A DNA stretch of 32,000 bases from Microcystis aeruginosa NIES-843 (lineage in GTDB: Bacteria > Cyanobacteriota > Cyanobacteriia > Cyanobacteriales > Microcystaceae). Location of the stretch: NCBI RefSeq assembly GCF_000010625.1, contig NC_010296.1, positions 2,700,001-2,732,000 on the forward strand, read 5' to 3'. Position numbers and translations under genes: made by a program. Positions 9,065 through 18,138 of the stretch are shown here, one piece after another. The notes beneath the pieces are model-generated. The model was not told the origin of the DNA. It worked only from the letters and a program-made list of their open reading frames with translations, and did no database searches. The number at the start of each line of letters is the position of its first letter. The first letter of the stretch is position 1.

Positions 9065-10114
9065 TCACCGAGAAATTAAAGGATAGGGGTGTGAGTATCG
9101 ATCGATCACCTGTTGATGAAAATAGAGAGCATCTTCCCGGGTGGATTCAAACTTGAAGATAATCAGGTCAACTCCGATAGATTCGTAGTCTCTCAAGCGA
9201 CGGATCACCGTCTGTGGATCACCGACAAATCGAGCCGAGAGGCCAAGATTTGCCTCGATCGTTTGACCGATATCTAGTTTATTGTGGGCTACTGCATTGG
9301 CATCGATTTGTTGTTGGAAATAACGAATTTTTCGAGTGTCGGCAGAGCGATAAATCTTGTCTAGTCTGGACTCGGCTTCGACCCTGGTAGGGCGGACAAT
9401 GGCGAAAGCGCTCATCGCTACTTGAATCTGCCGTTGATAGCGATCGCTCGCCCATCGTTTTACCTTCTCCACCAGCGCGGCCGTTTTTTCCACATCATCC
9501 GCATTAATAAAAAGATAATCCCCCAAACGAGCCGCTAGATCGATCGCTCGTTCCGATTCCCCCGCAATAAAAACGAGAGGAAGCGGTGTCGGTCGCTCGG
9601 CTAAAATGCCCTGGGTGATCGTGTAATATTTGCCCCGATAATTAAAATCGGCAGTCGTCCATAATCCCCGAATAATCTGAAGATATTCTTCTAATCTAGC
9701 GTAGCGATCGCCGTGGGAGAGCCAAACATCACCGTAGCTTTCCACTTCTAGTTGCCACCACCCCGCGATCCCGCTCAAACCGAACCGGCCTCCACCGGGT
9801 TGATTCTGGAGAGCGGCACTTAGCTTGGCCACCACTGCGGGCAATTTAAACCCCGGTTGTACGGCCGTGACGATTTTAATCTCTTGGGTCGCTAAACTCA
9901 CCGCGCCAGCCGTGAGCCAAGGGTCAGTTACGTCATGATCCGGCCCGTGTACCGCATTGAGATAGTGTTCGGGAATGTAGTAGAAATCATAGCCCACTCG
10001 ATCGGCTTGAACGGCCAACTCGACCAGATCGGAAATCGACCAATTTCTCTCCGGGTTAATCACTCGCAACCATCCACCACAAACGGGTGCCCAAATTCCA
10101 AACTGAAGCGGCAT
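9065..10114 (-). CDS. Luciferase-like (LLM-class) flavin-dependent monooxygenase, substrate unknown
   Basis: LLM hallmarks are present: YIPEHY, TAVQPGF..PAVVAKLSAAL, GRFGLSGIAGWW..E...YG, HGDRYARLEEYLQIIRGLWT. It is the first gene of the minus-strand sulfur operon. Confidence 0.8.
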   Translation of the reverse strand: MPLQFGIWAPVCGGWLRVINPERNWSISDLVELAVQADRVGYDFYYIPEHYLNAVHGPDHDVTDPWLTAGAVSLATQEIKIVTAVQPGFKLPAVVAKLSAALQNQPGGGRFGLSGIAGWWQLEVESYGDVWLSHGDRYARLEEYLQIIRGLWTTADFNYRGKYYTITQGILAERPTPLPLVFIAGESERAIDLAARLGDYLFINADDVEKTAALVEKVKRWASDRYQRQIQVAMSAFAIVRPTRVEAESRLDKIYRSADTRKIRYFQQQIDANAVAHNKLDIGQTIEANLGLSARFVGDPQTVIRRLRDYESIGVDLIIFKFESTREDALYFHQQVIDRYSHPYPLISR

Positions 10115-10628
10115 AGGTGTTTTCCAATACCCACGAGGGAGACGTGTTTTTTAGGAGCCATCACTCTATCATGTTCCTTCCCCAGAAGCGTTATTTTTCC
10201 TTATACCGAAATTCCTCTTGTCTATCACGATTTGGAATATCAGGTATTGAGGTTCGATTGGAGTACCCCTGGAAGACGCACCGTATTCCAAAATGGCATA
10301 GAAAAAGTCAATCGGGGTGTATCAAACTACGACGTCATCCTTGAGTAGTGATTACACTGAAAGGCAATCAACTATATTTCGGTCGAATTACAGTAGTTCT
10401 CGGCTCCAGGCTTGAGAGAGAGCGAGTTTTGACCCCGATATAGGTAACTCGAATCTTGCTAGAAACAGCATTCTAAAGACTTGAGTTAGGGTGCTTGGCG
10501 ATCGCCAAAAACGGGATCGCTCCTCCAGACGAACACGAAAGAGATCGTCCGAAATGACCGTGTACACTGGATTCTTGCGAACGGTGAAGCGGTCGAACCA
10601 ATAGTTTCCATCACGGAGTAACCGAATC
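10115..10628. promoter_or_regulatory. 514-bp divergent control region between the two sulfur operons
   Basis: The position lies between divergent start codons. It contains a 9-bp inverted repeat, tttggaata (10231-10239) and tattccaaa (10284-10292), and a HIP1 site. No promoter elements could be assigned with confidence. Confidence 0.4.
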
Positions 10629-11726
10629 ATGGTAGATATTAAGTTCGCTTACTGGGTTCCCAATGTTAGTGGCGGGTTAGTGGTGAGTAAAATCCCGCAA
10701 AACACCGATTGGACCTACGATTACAACGCTTGGCTGGCACAGACTGCCGAAGAAGTCGGGTTCGAGTACGCGTTAGCCCAAGCCCGATTCATCGCCAGCT
10801 ACGGCGCGGAGTATCAACTAGAGGCCTTTGCCACCGTCGCCGCCCTAGCCCCCGTAACCAAGAAAATCACCCTAATCGCCGCCGTCCATCCCGGTTTATG
10901 GCATCCCGGGGTCGTCGCCAAAATCGGCTCGACGATCGATTTCATTTCCAAAGGTCGTTTCGCCCTCAACATCGTCAGTGGCTGGTTCAAGGGTGAATTC
11001 ACCATCTATGGTGAACCTTGGCTCGATCACGATGAACGCTATCGACGCTCCGAGGAATTCATTCGCATCCTCAAGGGACTGTGGACAGAAGACGAATTCC
11101 ACTTCAAAGGGGATTTTTATCGCATCAACGGCGGTTGGGTCAAACCCCGCCCCGTTAATAATCATCCCCATCCCGAAATCTTTCAGGGGGGTAACTCCAA
11201 AGCCGCCCGACAGATGGCCGGTCGGGTATCGGACTGGTATTTCATGAACGGCAACTCGATCGAGGGAGTCCGCGAACAGATCGAGGAAGTTTCCGCCCTT
11301 GCCCGTCAAGCCAGCCGTAGTATCAAGTTCGGTCTCAACGCCTTTATCCTCGTCCGTGATACCGAAAAAGAAGCCCACGAGTTACTGCGGGAGATTATCG
11401 CCAAAGCCGACAAAGAGGCCGTGGAAGGATTTGGCGAAGCAGTCAAACAAGCGGGTTCCGCCACCAGTGAAAAAGTGGGAATGTGGGCCAACTCGAACTT
11501 TGAAGATCTAGTACAGTACAACGATGGATTCCGTACCGGACTGATCGGCACAAAAGAACAGGTAGCGGAAAAAATCCAGCAGTTTCACGCCGTGGGGGTC
11601 GATTTGATTCTCGGTGGTTTCCTGCACTATACGGACGATTTACCCGCCTTCGGTCGCGAGGTGATTCCGCTCGTGCGGCAACTGGAATCCCGTCGTTCCC
11701 CCAGAGAAGAGTTCGCCCTGGTTTAA
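10629..11726 (+). CDS. sfnG: FMNH2-dependent dimethylsulfone monooxygenase (SfnG-type LLM)
   Basis: There is strong N-terminal resemblance to Pseudomonas SfnG as I recall it: FAYWVPNVSGGLVVSKI, NIVSGWFKGEF...GEPWLDHDERYRRSEEFIR.LKG.W....F.F.GDFYR. Confidence 0.85.
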   Translation: MVDIKFAYWVPNVSGGLVVSKIPQNTDWTYDYNAWLAQTAEEVGFEYALAQARFIASYGAEYQLEAFATVAALAPVTKKITLIAAVHPGLWHPGVVAKIGSTIDFISKGRFALNIVSGWFKGEFTIYGEPWLDHDERYRRSEEFIRILKGLWTEDEFHFKGDFYRINGGWVKPRPVNNHPHPEIFQGGNSKAARQMAGRVSDWYFMNGNSIEGVREQIEEVSALARQASRSIKFGLNAFILVRDTEKEAHELLREIIAKADKEAVEGFGEAVKQAGSATSEKVGMWANSNFEDLVQYNDGFRTGLIGTKEQVAEKIQQFHAVGVDLILGGFLHYTDDLPAFGREVIPLVRQLESRRSPREEFALV

Positions 11727-11760
11727 GCGAAAGAAAGAAATACACAAGGAGAAAATCGTA

Positions 11761-13269
11761 ATGGAAGGGATTAGTCTCGCTCAGGCGGCTCCCCTTGGAC
11801 CGATCGAGGGAATTGTCACCCTGATCGCGTTAGGTCTGGCTATGTTGATTGTTTCCTACTACGCTAAGTGGAAACTGGTAAAAAACACCCACGATTTTGT
11901 GATTGCCGGTCGCAAGCTGGGTTTAGGATTCGGGATTGCCGGCTTGCTTTCCGTCTGGACTTGGGTGATCGGGATTTTACTGCCGATCGGGGTCACCTTT
12001 AAGTACGGATTATCGGGCTTATTTTGGTTTACCGTCCCCAATGGTGCGGCGGTCATTGCCGTGATTCCCTTTGCCAAAAAGTTACGGCGATTGATGCCCC
12101 ACGGTTATACCATCAGCGAGTTTATCTCCGCTCGTTACGCGGGAGCAAAATTGGCTCGCGTGGTCGTAGTCGCTGGTATCCTCTTCGGGGCGATCCAAAT
12201 TGTCACGGTGAATCTCAAGGGAGCATCCCTGATGGTGGCCACGATCTTCGGTCTTCCGGAGGGGGTAGTCGCAACCATCTCCTCGATCGTCATTCTCCTG
12301 TACATCAGTTTAGGGGGACTCTGGGCATCCATGGCTACTTCTACCTTGATGTGTTTGCTGATTATGGTTCCCTCTGTCCTGGTCACCACGGCGGTCTTAG
12401 GCCAGGTGGGAGGGGCGGAAGCCGTGTGGCAGACCGTACAGAGTCAGGGCGGCGAACTTCTTTCGGTGACGCGACCGGATGCCTTCCAGAATTTCGGCTT
12501 AACCTTCGCCCTCGCACTGATTACTGCCACGATCGCCGGACAGGAATTCTGGCAGGTGGCTTGGGGGATCAAAGAACGGGAATTAGGCAAAACCTTTTTC
12601 TGGGGTGGGGGACTCTACTATGTGGTCGCCCTCTGTCTAGGGGTGGTAGGGCTGGTGGGCATCGCGCTCAAGGTGGATCTGGCCCGGGATCTTGGTGGTG
12701 ATCCCGCCGCCTTGGGTCCTTTTTTGGTTTCCCATTTAGGTTTGCCCGATTGGGTGATCTACCTGTTCGTGATCATTGTGCTGTCGGCCTGCTATTCCAC
12801 CTGTGACGGCACATTGGCGGCGGTTAGTTCGGTTTCTGCGGTGGATGTGATCAAGCCCCTGTTCCCCGCTATTTCCGATCGCTCCCTCTTCGCTTGGACG
12901 CGGTTTTCGATGGTCTTAGCGGCGGGAATTTCGGTGGCGGTGGTGCTATCGGGAATCGATCTGGTGACGCTGGTACTGGGGACTTCCATCATCCGCGCCG
13001 CCGTTCTCGTGCCTCTGGTACTGTCGATCGTCTGGTCGCGAATGAATGCCACGGCCTTTACCGCCTGGACGATCATCGGTCTGATTGCCGGGGTTTTCGC
13101 CCTCGCCAAGTTCGGCGAGGAGATCGGTACCTATACGGTAGTCGCAGTCAGCACGATCGTCCCAATTGTGATTGCCTTGACCAATTCCCGACGCTTCGAT
13201 TACACCCAACTACGTCAGGCACAGGATCTATCCGAGATACCGGACACTTCTTCTGTCGCGCTGCGATAA
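11761..13269 (+). CDS. Sodium:solute symporter family (SSF) transporter
   Basis: This is a 502-aa polytopic protein with ~13 hydrophobic segments and the SSF-like N-terminal pattern (DFVIAGRKLGLGFGIAGLLSVWTW). An AAGGAG Shine-Dalgarno lies 8 nt upstream. Confidence 0.8.
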   Translation: MEGISLAQAAPLGPIEGIVTLIALGLAMLIVSYYAKWKLVKNTHDFVIAGRKLGLGFGIAGLLSVWTWVIGILLPIGVTFKYGLSGLFWFTVPNGAAVIAVIPFAKKLRRLMPHGYTISEFISARYAGAKLARVVVVAGILFGAIQIVTVNLKGASLMVATIFGLPEGVVATISSIVILLYISLGGLWASMATSTLMCLLIMVPSVLVTTAVLGQVGGAEAVWQTVQSQGGELLSVTRPDAFQNFGLTFALALITATIAGQEFWQVAWGIKERELGKTFFWGGGLYYVVALCLGVVGLVGIALKVDLARDLGGDPAALGPFLVSHLGLPDWVIYLFVIIVLSACYSTCDGTLAAVSSVSAVDVIKPLFPAISDRSLFAWTRFSMVLAAGISVAVVLSGIDLVTLVLGTSIIRAAVLVPLVLSIVWSRMNATAFTAWTIIGLIAGVFALAKFGEEIGTYTVVAVSTIVPIVIALTNSRRFDYTQLRQAQDLSEIPDTSSVALR

Positions 13270-13289
13270 GTTTTCACAGAATCACGATC

Positions 13290-13805
13290 ATGAATAGTCT
13301 CTTGCAGATGATACCGCCCTCCTTGCGGACTTGGGCGAAGCGGCTCGGCTATTTCCTGGGCGGCACGATGCTCACGGTTTTCTATGCCGGAGCGGTTCCC
13401 GCCCAAAGTCTCCCTAGTCGTCCCCTAACTCAAAATCCCTATTCCCCGACCACCATTATCGCCGGTGTTATTGCCGCTATCATCACGATTTTCTTTCTGC
13501 GGGGAATGTATCTCGTGTTGACCTACGCTTCGGCAACCTATGGACTGGAAGAGGAGGAAGAAGAGGGGAATCTAGAAGGGGGCCAGGAAAACAATGCCTT
13601 ACTCTATGGAGCCTTCGGTTGGATTATCGGTTCGGCTCTGATCATTACTTCCTACGGATTCAGCTGGAGGTTCTTGTATATCGGCCCGATCGTCTGTTTG
13701 CTCGGCCCTCTCGTTCCCATTTTCGCCATGAACCGCGATATCCAGAAATACCGGCAAGTTTTGGCCCGTAGGGCGAGATATCAGTCCTCGCGCTCTCTGT
13801 ATTAA
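13290..13805 (+). CDS. Small (~171 aa) membrane protein of unknown family, possible accessory subunit of the symporter
   Basis: The ATG at 13290 lies 21 nt after the symporter stop. The ORF-track entry 12894-13805 extends upstream only because the frame stays open inside the symporter gene. It has about four hydrophobic segments and an acidic loop (GLEEEEEEGNLEGGQEN). Confidence 0.5.
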   Translation: MNSLLQMIPPSLRTWAKRLGYFLGGTMLTVFYAGAVPAQSLPSRPLTQNPYSPTTIIAGVIAAIITIFFLRGMYLVLTYASATYGLEEEEEEGNLEGGQENNALLYGAFGWIIGSALIITSYGFSWRFLYIGPIVCLLGPLVPIFAMNRDIQKYRQVLARRARYQSSRSLY

Positions 13806-13845
13806 AAGCTAGGCCACTCTATCTCACAGTCTAGGAGTAGTAACC

Positions 13846-15060
13846 ATGACCACGTTAGTAAATGTTGCAACGGAACCGACCGCCCATCTGATTCAAGACG
13901 ATCAAGAAGCGATCGCTGTGGCCAAAGAACTGGCCGCAGAATTTCTCCAAGAGGATTCCCTCCGCGATCGCGAACGCCGTCTACCGGTGGAGGAGGTAAA
14001 AAAATTCTCGCGCAGCGGGCTATGGGGGATCATCGTTCCCAAGGAATACGGGGGTGCGGGCGTATCCTACGCCACCCTAGCGCAAGTGATCGCCATTATT
14101 GCCGAGGCGGATTCTAGTTTGGGACAGATTCCCCAGAATCACCTCTATATGGTGGAAGCGATCCGGCTCGACGGTACGGAGGAACAGAAGCGATTTTTCT
14201 TTGACCTGGTACTGCAAGGCAAACGGTTTGGGAACGCCTTCTCGGAGATCGGCACCAAGTCAGTGACGGACGTGCAAACCAAATTAACTCGATCGGGCGA
14301 TGGCTACGTTCTCAACGGACGCAAGTATTACTCCGCCGGCGCCCTGCTGGCCCATTGGATTCCCACGATCGCCGCCGATGAGAACGGCAATACGATCGTC
14401 GCCTTTGTGGAACGGGACGCGGAAGGCTTGACTCTGCTCGATGATTGGACGAGTTTCGGTCAACGCACCACCGCAAGCGGCACGACGATTCTCGAAAATG
14501 TCCTGGTGAAACCGGAACACGTCATCCCTCACTATCTAGCTTTTGAACGGGCGACCCCGATGGGTGCGGTGGCACAGATTATCCAAGCGGCGGTGGACGT
14601 GGGCATCGCCAAGGCCGCCCTGCGGGATACCCTGTATTTCGTCCGCAACCATACCCGTCCCTGGGTGGATAGTAACCAGGAGAAGGGTTTTGAAGATCCC
14701 CTGACTCTCTACAATCTGGGCAACGTGATCCTACAGATCCACGCCGCGGAAGCCCTACTACGGCGGGCCGGGGAATTTATCGACGCAGCCTATGAATCCG
14801 GGTTAGAGGAGGCGAAAGTAGTGGAATCGTCGATCGCCGTCGCCGAGGCCAAAGCGCTCGCCACGGAAGCCTCCCTACTGGCCACCAATAAACTCTTTGA
14901 ACTGGCCGGCACGAAGTCCACCCTAGAGGAATTTAACTACGATCGCCACTGGCGCAACGCCCGCGCCCACACCCTCCACGATCCGGTGCGCTGGAAATAC
15001 TATGCGATCGGCAATTACTTCCTCAACGGTGCCAACCCGCCCCGCCATCCTTGGCTATAA
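13846..15060 (+). CDS. SfnB/DszC-type acyl-CoA-dehydrogenase-fold flavin monooxygenase (sulfur acquisition oxidoreductase)
   Basis: Acyl-CoA-dehydrogenase-fold motifs are present: GLWGIIVPKEYGGAG, FSEIGT, YYSAGAL. The C-terminal DRHWRNARAHTLHDPVRWKY motif is typical of DszC/SfnB-like proteins. An AGGAG Shine-Dalgarno lies upstream. Confidence 0.8.
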   Translation: MTTLVNVATEPTAHLIQDDQEAIAVAKELAAEFLQEDSLRDRERRLPVEEVKKFSRSGLWGIIVPKEYGGAGVSYATLAQVIAIIAEADSSLGQIPQNHLYMVEAIRLDGTEEQKRFFFDLVLQGKRFGNAFSEIGTKSVTDVQTKLTRSGDGYVLNGRKYYSAGALLAHWIPTIAADENGNTIVAFVERDAEGLTLLDDWTSFGQRTTASGTTILENVLVKPEHVIPHYLAFERATPMGAVAQIIQAAVDVGIAKAALRDTLYFVRNHTRPWVDSNQEKGFEDPLTLYNLGNVILQIHAAEALLRRAGEFIDAAYESGLEEAKVVESSIAVAEAKALATEASLLATNKLFELAGTKSTLEEFNYDRHWRNARAHTLHDPVRWKYYAIGNYFLNGANPPRHPWL

Positions 15061-15138
15061 GTCTGCGGGAGGAAGGGGAGCGCCCTCCCTCTCCTCCTGA
15101 TTTCTACCTTCGATCGGTCACACTACTGTAGAGGAAAT

Positions 15139-16185
15139 ATGAGTGTTGCCCATCCGCTCCAGAAACGGAATATCTGGAAAAATCAACCCTTTAAGGGACT
15201 CTTGTTCATCGGCATTATCGCTGTGGTCAGTCTGGTTTTTGAACTGATCTTCACGGGCCTATTCGCTCTAGATGTAAACGAAAAATTAGTTTATATCACC
15301 CTCTGTTTTGTCTGGTGGTGGCATCTGGGTTTTTCCCTAAATGGCTATCCGGGTTCTCGATTTTTTTCCCATCGCTTCGGACGGGGAACCGTTAATTTAG
15401 CGATCTTGCTGCTGTTGGTCTATCTGACTGGAGAAGCGTGGAAATTTATCTTCACCCCCGCCCGTCTCACCGATACCCCCGTAGGTTTGTGGGGACAAAC
15501 CGCGATTGTTGCCGCCTGTGCCAGTCTGTTCTTTTTCGATAACACGATCGTGGCTTCCGAAGAACTCCAAGACCGACATCCCACCAGTGGATTTCTCAAC
15601 ATCTTTTTTGCCGTTTTTATGGTCGCTCCCGCCCTCACTTTTCTACCGCAGCTCTGGGGATTAAAACCGTTCTATATTCCTTGGTACTGGTATCCCCTCT
15701 CCACGGTATTCGGTAGTTTTTTCGATCGCTGGCCGCTCGCTCAACTGGGCCTAACCATGCCGCGTCTGGGCTTTCGACCTACCGGGGCGGTATTATTTCT
15801 CACCCTCCTGATGGCGTTTTTTCTCCGGCTGGCGGGGATGGATTTATTCACCACGGCGACCGGGCCGACCTTCGCCGCCATCTGGACAACGGTGGGTTTG
15901 GGTTTACTCTGGCAATTCAATCTCTGGCCCTTTCAAGGACTTGCCCAACCGGCCAAGGGAATCATTACATCGGTGATTAGTTTGGTCATCTCGCTGATTC
16001 TTTACGCCGCAACGGAAGTCCTCTTCGGTCCGGCCAATATCCGACCGGGACTGTACTGGTGGTTCGATATTCTCTGGGTGCAGGTGTTTCTCATGGCCCC
16101 GGGATTGTACGACGGGATCGGACTCTGGCAAAGTCGCGCTGAGATAACCGCTGATCGCCCTGCCGAAGCCGTATCTCGTTCCTGA
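15139..16185 (+). CDS. Polytopic (8-9 TM), Trp-rich membrane protein of unknown family
   Basis: This is a 348-aa ORF with a GAGGA Shine-Dalgarno, tightly packed between the sfnB-like gene and ssuE. I recognise no family motif. Confidence 0.65.
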   Translation: MSVAHPLQKRNIWKNQPFKGLLFIGIIAVVSLVFELIFTGLFALDVNEKLVYITLCFVWWWHLGFSLNGYPGSRFFSHRFGRGTVNLAILLLLVYLTGEAWKFIFTPARLTDTPVGLWGQTAIVAACASLFFFDNTIVASEELQDRHPTSGFLNIFFAVFMVAPALTFLPQLWGLKPFYIPWYWYPLSTVFGSFFDRWPLAQLGLTMPRLGFRPTGAVLFLTLLMAFFLRLAGMDLFTTATGPTFAAIWTTVGLGLLWQFNLWPFQGLAQPAKGIITSVISLVISLILYAATEVLFGPANIRPGLYWWFDILWVQVFLMAPGLYDGIGLWQSRAEITADRPAEAVSRS

Positions 16186-16232
16186 TCCGCGAGACCGTTA
16201 TTACCCATTATTACCAATCTAGGAGATTTACG

Positions 16233-16814
16233 ATGGCGAATATTCTCTCGATCGCTGGCAATCCCACCGCTCCTTCTAAAACCTACGGATTCGTTCAATA
16301 CGTCAACGAACTCCTAGAAAAAGAGGGATTTCATACCGATACGATCGCCGTGCGGGACTTCTCGCCGGAAGACCTCATCTACGGACGCTACGATAGTCCG
16401 GCCCTAGAACCGATAAAAGCTCTACTAGGACAGGCCGACGGGATTATCGTGGCCACCCCGATCTACAAGGCCGCCTACACCGGACTGCTGAAAGCTTTCT
16501 TGGATTTACTGCCGCAGGGGGCGTTCGCCAACAAAGTGGTACTGCCGATCGCCACTGGAGGCACGATCGCTCATCTACTGGCGATCGATTATGCCCTCAA
16601 GCCGGTTCTCTCGGAACTGAAGGCGCGTCACATTCTCGGCGGTATTTATGCGATCGATAAACAATTGCAATTCCAGGCCTCTGGCCAACTCCAACCCGAT
16701 GAGGAGATCGGGCAAAGAACCCAAGAGGCGGTACGGGATTTCGTCGTTGCGGTGAACCTACATCGAGCGGCCACGAAGGAAAAAACCCCTACCCCCCTGC
16801 CCGTACATACATAA
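16233..16814 (+). CDS. ssuE: NAD(P)H-dependent FMN reductase
   Basis: It aligns by eye with E. coli SsuE: F.PEDL.Y.R.DSPAL, QADG.IVATP.YKAAY.G.LK..LDLLP......KVVLP.ATGG..AHLLA.DYALKPVL. An AGGAG Shine-Dalgarno lies upstream. Confidence 0.9.
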   Translation: MANILSIAGNPTAPSKTYGFVQYVNELLEKEGFHTDTIAVRDFSPEDLIYGRYDSPALEPIKALLGQADGIIVATPIYKAAYTGLLKAFLDLLPQGAFANKVVLPIATGGTIAHLLAIDYALKPVLSELKARHILGGIYAIDKQLQFQASGQLQPDEEIGQRTQEAVRDFVVAVNLHRAATKEKTPTPLPVHT

Positions 16815-16851
16815 AAGTGTCAGCTTGTCAAGATTCCTTTGAACTATTTTT

Positions 16852-18138
16852 ATGAGCGAGCCTACCCTATCGATTGCCTCTTCCTCTCGAATCATCACCC
16901 TGGCGCGACGGAACCCGGTCGAACCGAGGTTTACCATGGTCGATCGGGCCCTCGATGCCCTACGATCTGGGCAAGCCATCGTCGTCGTGGACGATGAAAA
17001 ACGAGAGAACGAGGGGGATTTAATCTGCGCCGCCGAGTTTGCCACACCGACGATGATTAATTTCATGGCTACCCGGGCCCGGGGGTTGATCTGTCTGGCC
17101 ATGACCGGCGATCGCCTAGACGAATTGCAATTACCGCCGATGGTGGAGAAAAATGGCGATCACCATCAAACCGCTTTCACCGTCAGTATCGATGCGGCGC
17201 CGCACCACGGCGTTACTACGGGGATATCGGCGAGCGATCGCTCCCGCACCATCCAAGTGGCGCTTTCCCCCACCACTACCCCCGATGATCTCAGCCGTCC
17301 GGGGCATATTTTCCCGCTCCGAGCGCGAGCGGGTGGGGTTTTCGAGCGGGCAGGACATACCGAGGCGGCGGTGGATCTGGCTCGTTTAGCTGGACTCTAC
17401 CCCGCCGGAATAATCTGCGAGATCCAGAACCCCAACGGCTCGATGGCGCGTTTACCGGAGTTGATGAGCTACGCGGACGAGTACGGTCTACCGATTATCC
17501 GAATCACCGATCTGATCCGCTATCGCGAAGGGGTAGAATCCTCGGTATCGCGGGAAGCGATCGCCCGTCTGCCTACGGAATTCGGCGAATTTAATATCTA
17601 CGCCTATCGCGACCTCCTCGATGGTTCGGAAGCGACGGCGATCATCAAAGGCGATCCGGACAAATTCGGAGAGCGGACGACTCTGGTCCGAATTCATTCC
17701 CAGTGTTTTACCGGGGATGTTCTCGGTTCCTCCCGTTGTGATTGTCGCCAACAACTGCATATCGCCCTGAAATCGATCGAAACCGCCGGACAAGGGGTTG
17801 TGGTCTATCTTCCACAGGAGGGACGAGGTGTCGGTCTGATCAATAAGCTCAAGGCCTACTCCCTACAGGATCTCGGCCTAGATACGGTAGATGCCAACAG
17901 GAGGCTAGGATTCGAGGCGGACGGGCGTACCTATCGGCTGGGAGCGCATATTCTCAAGGATTTGGGGGTAGCCGATATCCGTTTACTAACTAATAATCCC
18001 CAAAAAGTTCAGGGTCTCCGAGATTGGGGGATCAACATTGTCGAGCGAATCCCTCTCGTCATGCCTCCAAACTACCACAATCAACAGTATTTGCTGACAA
18101 AGCGCGAAAAACTAGGGCATCTGTTGCCGTTTAGCTAG
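16852..18138 (+). CDS. ribBA: Bifunctional 3,4-dihydroxy-2-butanone-4-phosphate synthase / GTP cyclohydrolase II
   Basis: The RibB part has [15 protein letters not shown] and [13 protein letters not shown]. The RibA part has [23 protein letters not shown] (zinc Cys triad), [22 protein letters not shown] and LLTNNPQKV. An alternative start is the ATG at 16936. The TAG stop (18136-18138) overlaps the adjacent MITE terminus. Confidence 0.92.
   Translation: MSEPTLSIASSSRIITLARRNPVEPRFTMVDRALDALRSGQAIVVVDDEKRENEGDLICAAEFATPTMINFMATRARGLICLAMTGDRLDELQLPPMVEKNGDHHQTAFTVSIDAAPHHGVTTGISASDRSRTIQVALSPTTTPDDLSRPGHIFPLRARAGGVFERAGHTEAAVDLARLAGLYPAGIICEIQNPNGSMARLPELMSYADEYGLPIIRITDLIRYREGVESSVSREAIARLPTEFGEFNIYAYRDLLDGSEATAIIKGDPDKFGERTTLVRIHSQCFTGDVLGSSRCDCRQQLHIALKSIETAGQGVVVYLPQEGRGVGLINKLKAYSLQDLGLDTVDANRRLGFEADGRTYRLGAHILKDLGVADIRLLTNNPQKVQGLRDWGINIVERIPLVMPPNYHNQQYLLTKREKLGHLLPFS

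Noticed and set aside
10388-10630. 80-aa minus-strand ORF in the divergent intergenic region
   Set aside because: It has no recognisable family, no Shine-Dalgarno and an Arg/Trp-rich composition. It may be real, but the evidence is insufficient, so it is mentioned only in the control-region finding.
12024-13289. ORFs 12024-12701 (+) and the 5' part of 12894-13805 (+), which overlap the symporter gene
   Set aside because: These are alternative frames inside a well-supported transporter CDS with Arg/Gly-rich nonsense composition. I kept only the part after the symporter stop (ATG 13290).
15061-15138. Purine/pyrimidine mirror tract (gggaggaaggggagcgccctccctctcctcc) as an intra-operon attenuator hairpin
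   Set aside because: The arms are not properly complementary because of register shifts and mismatches, so I could not support a stable stem.
16815-16851. FMN riboswitch upstream of ribBA
   Set aside because: The gap to ssuE is only 37 nt, too short for an FMN (RFN) element, and no conserved RFN core was seen.
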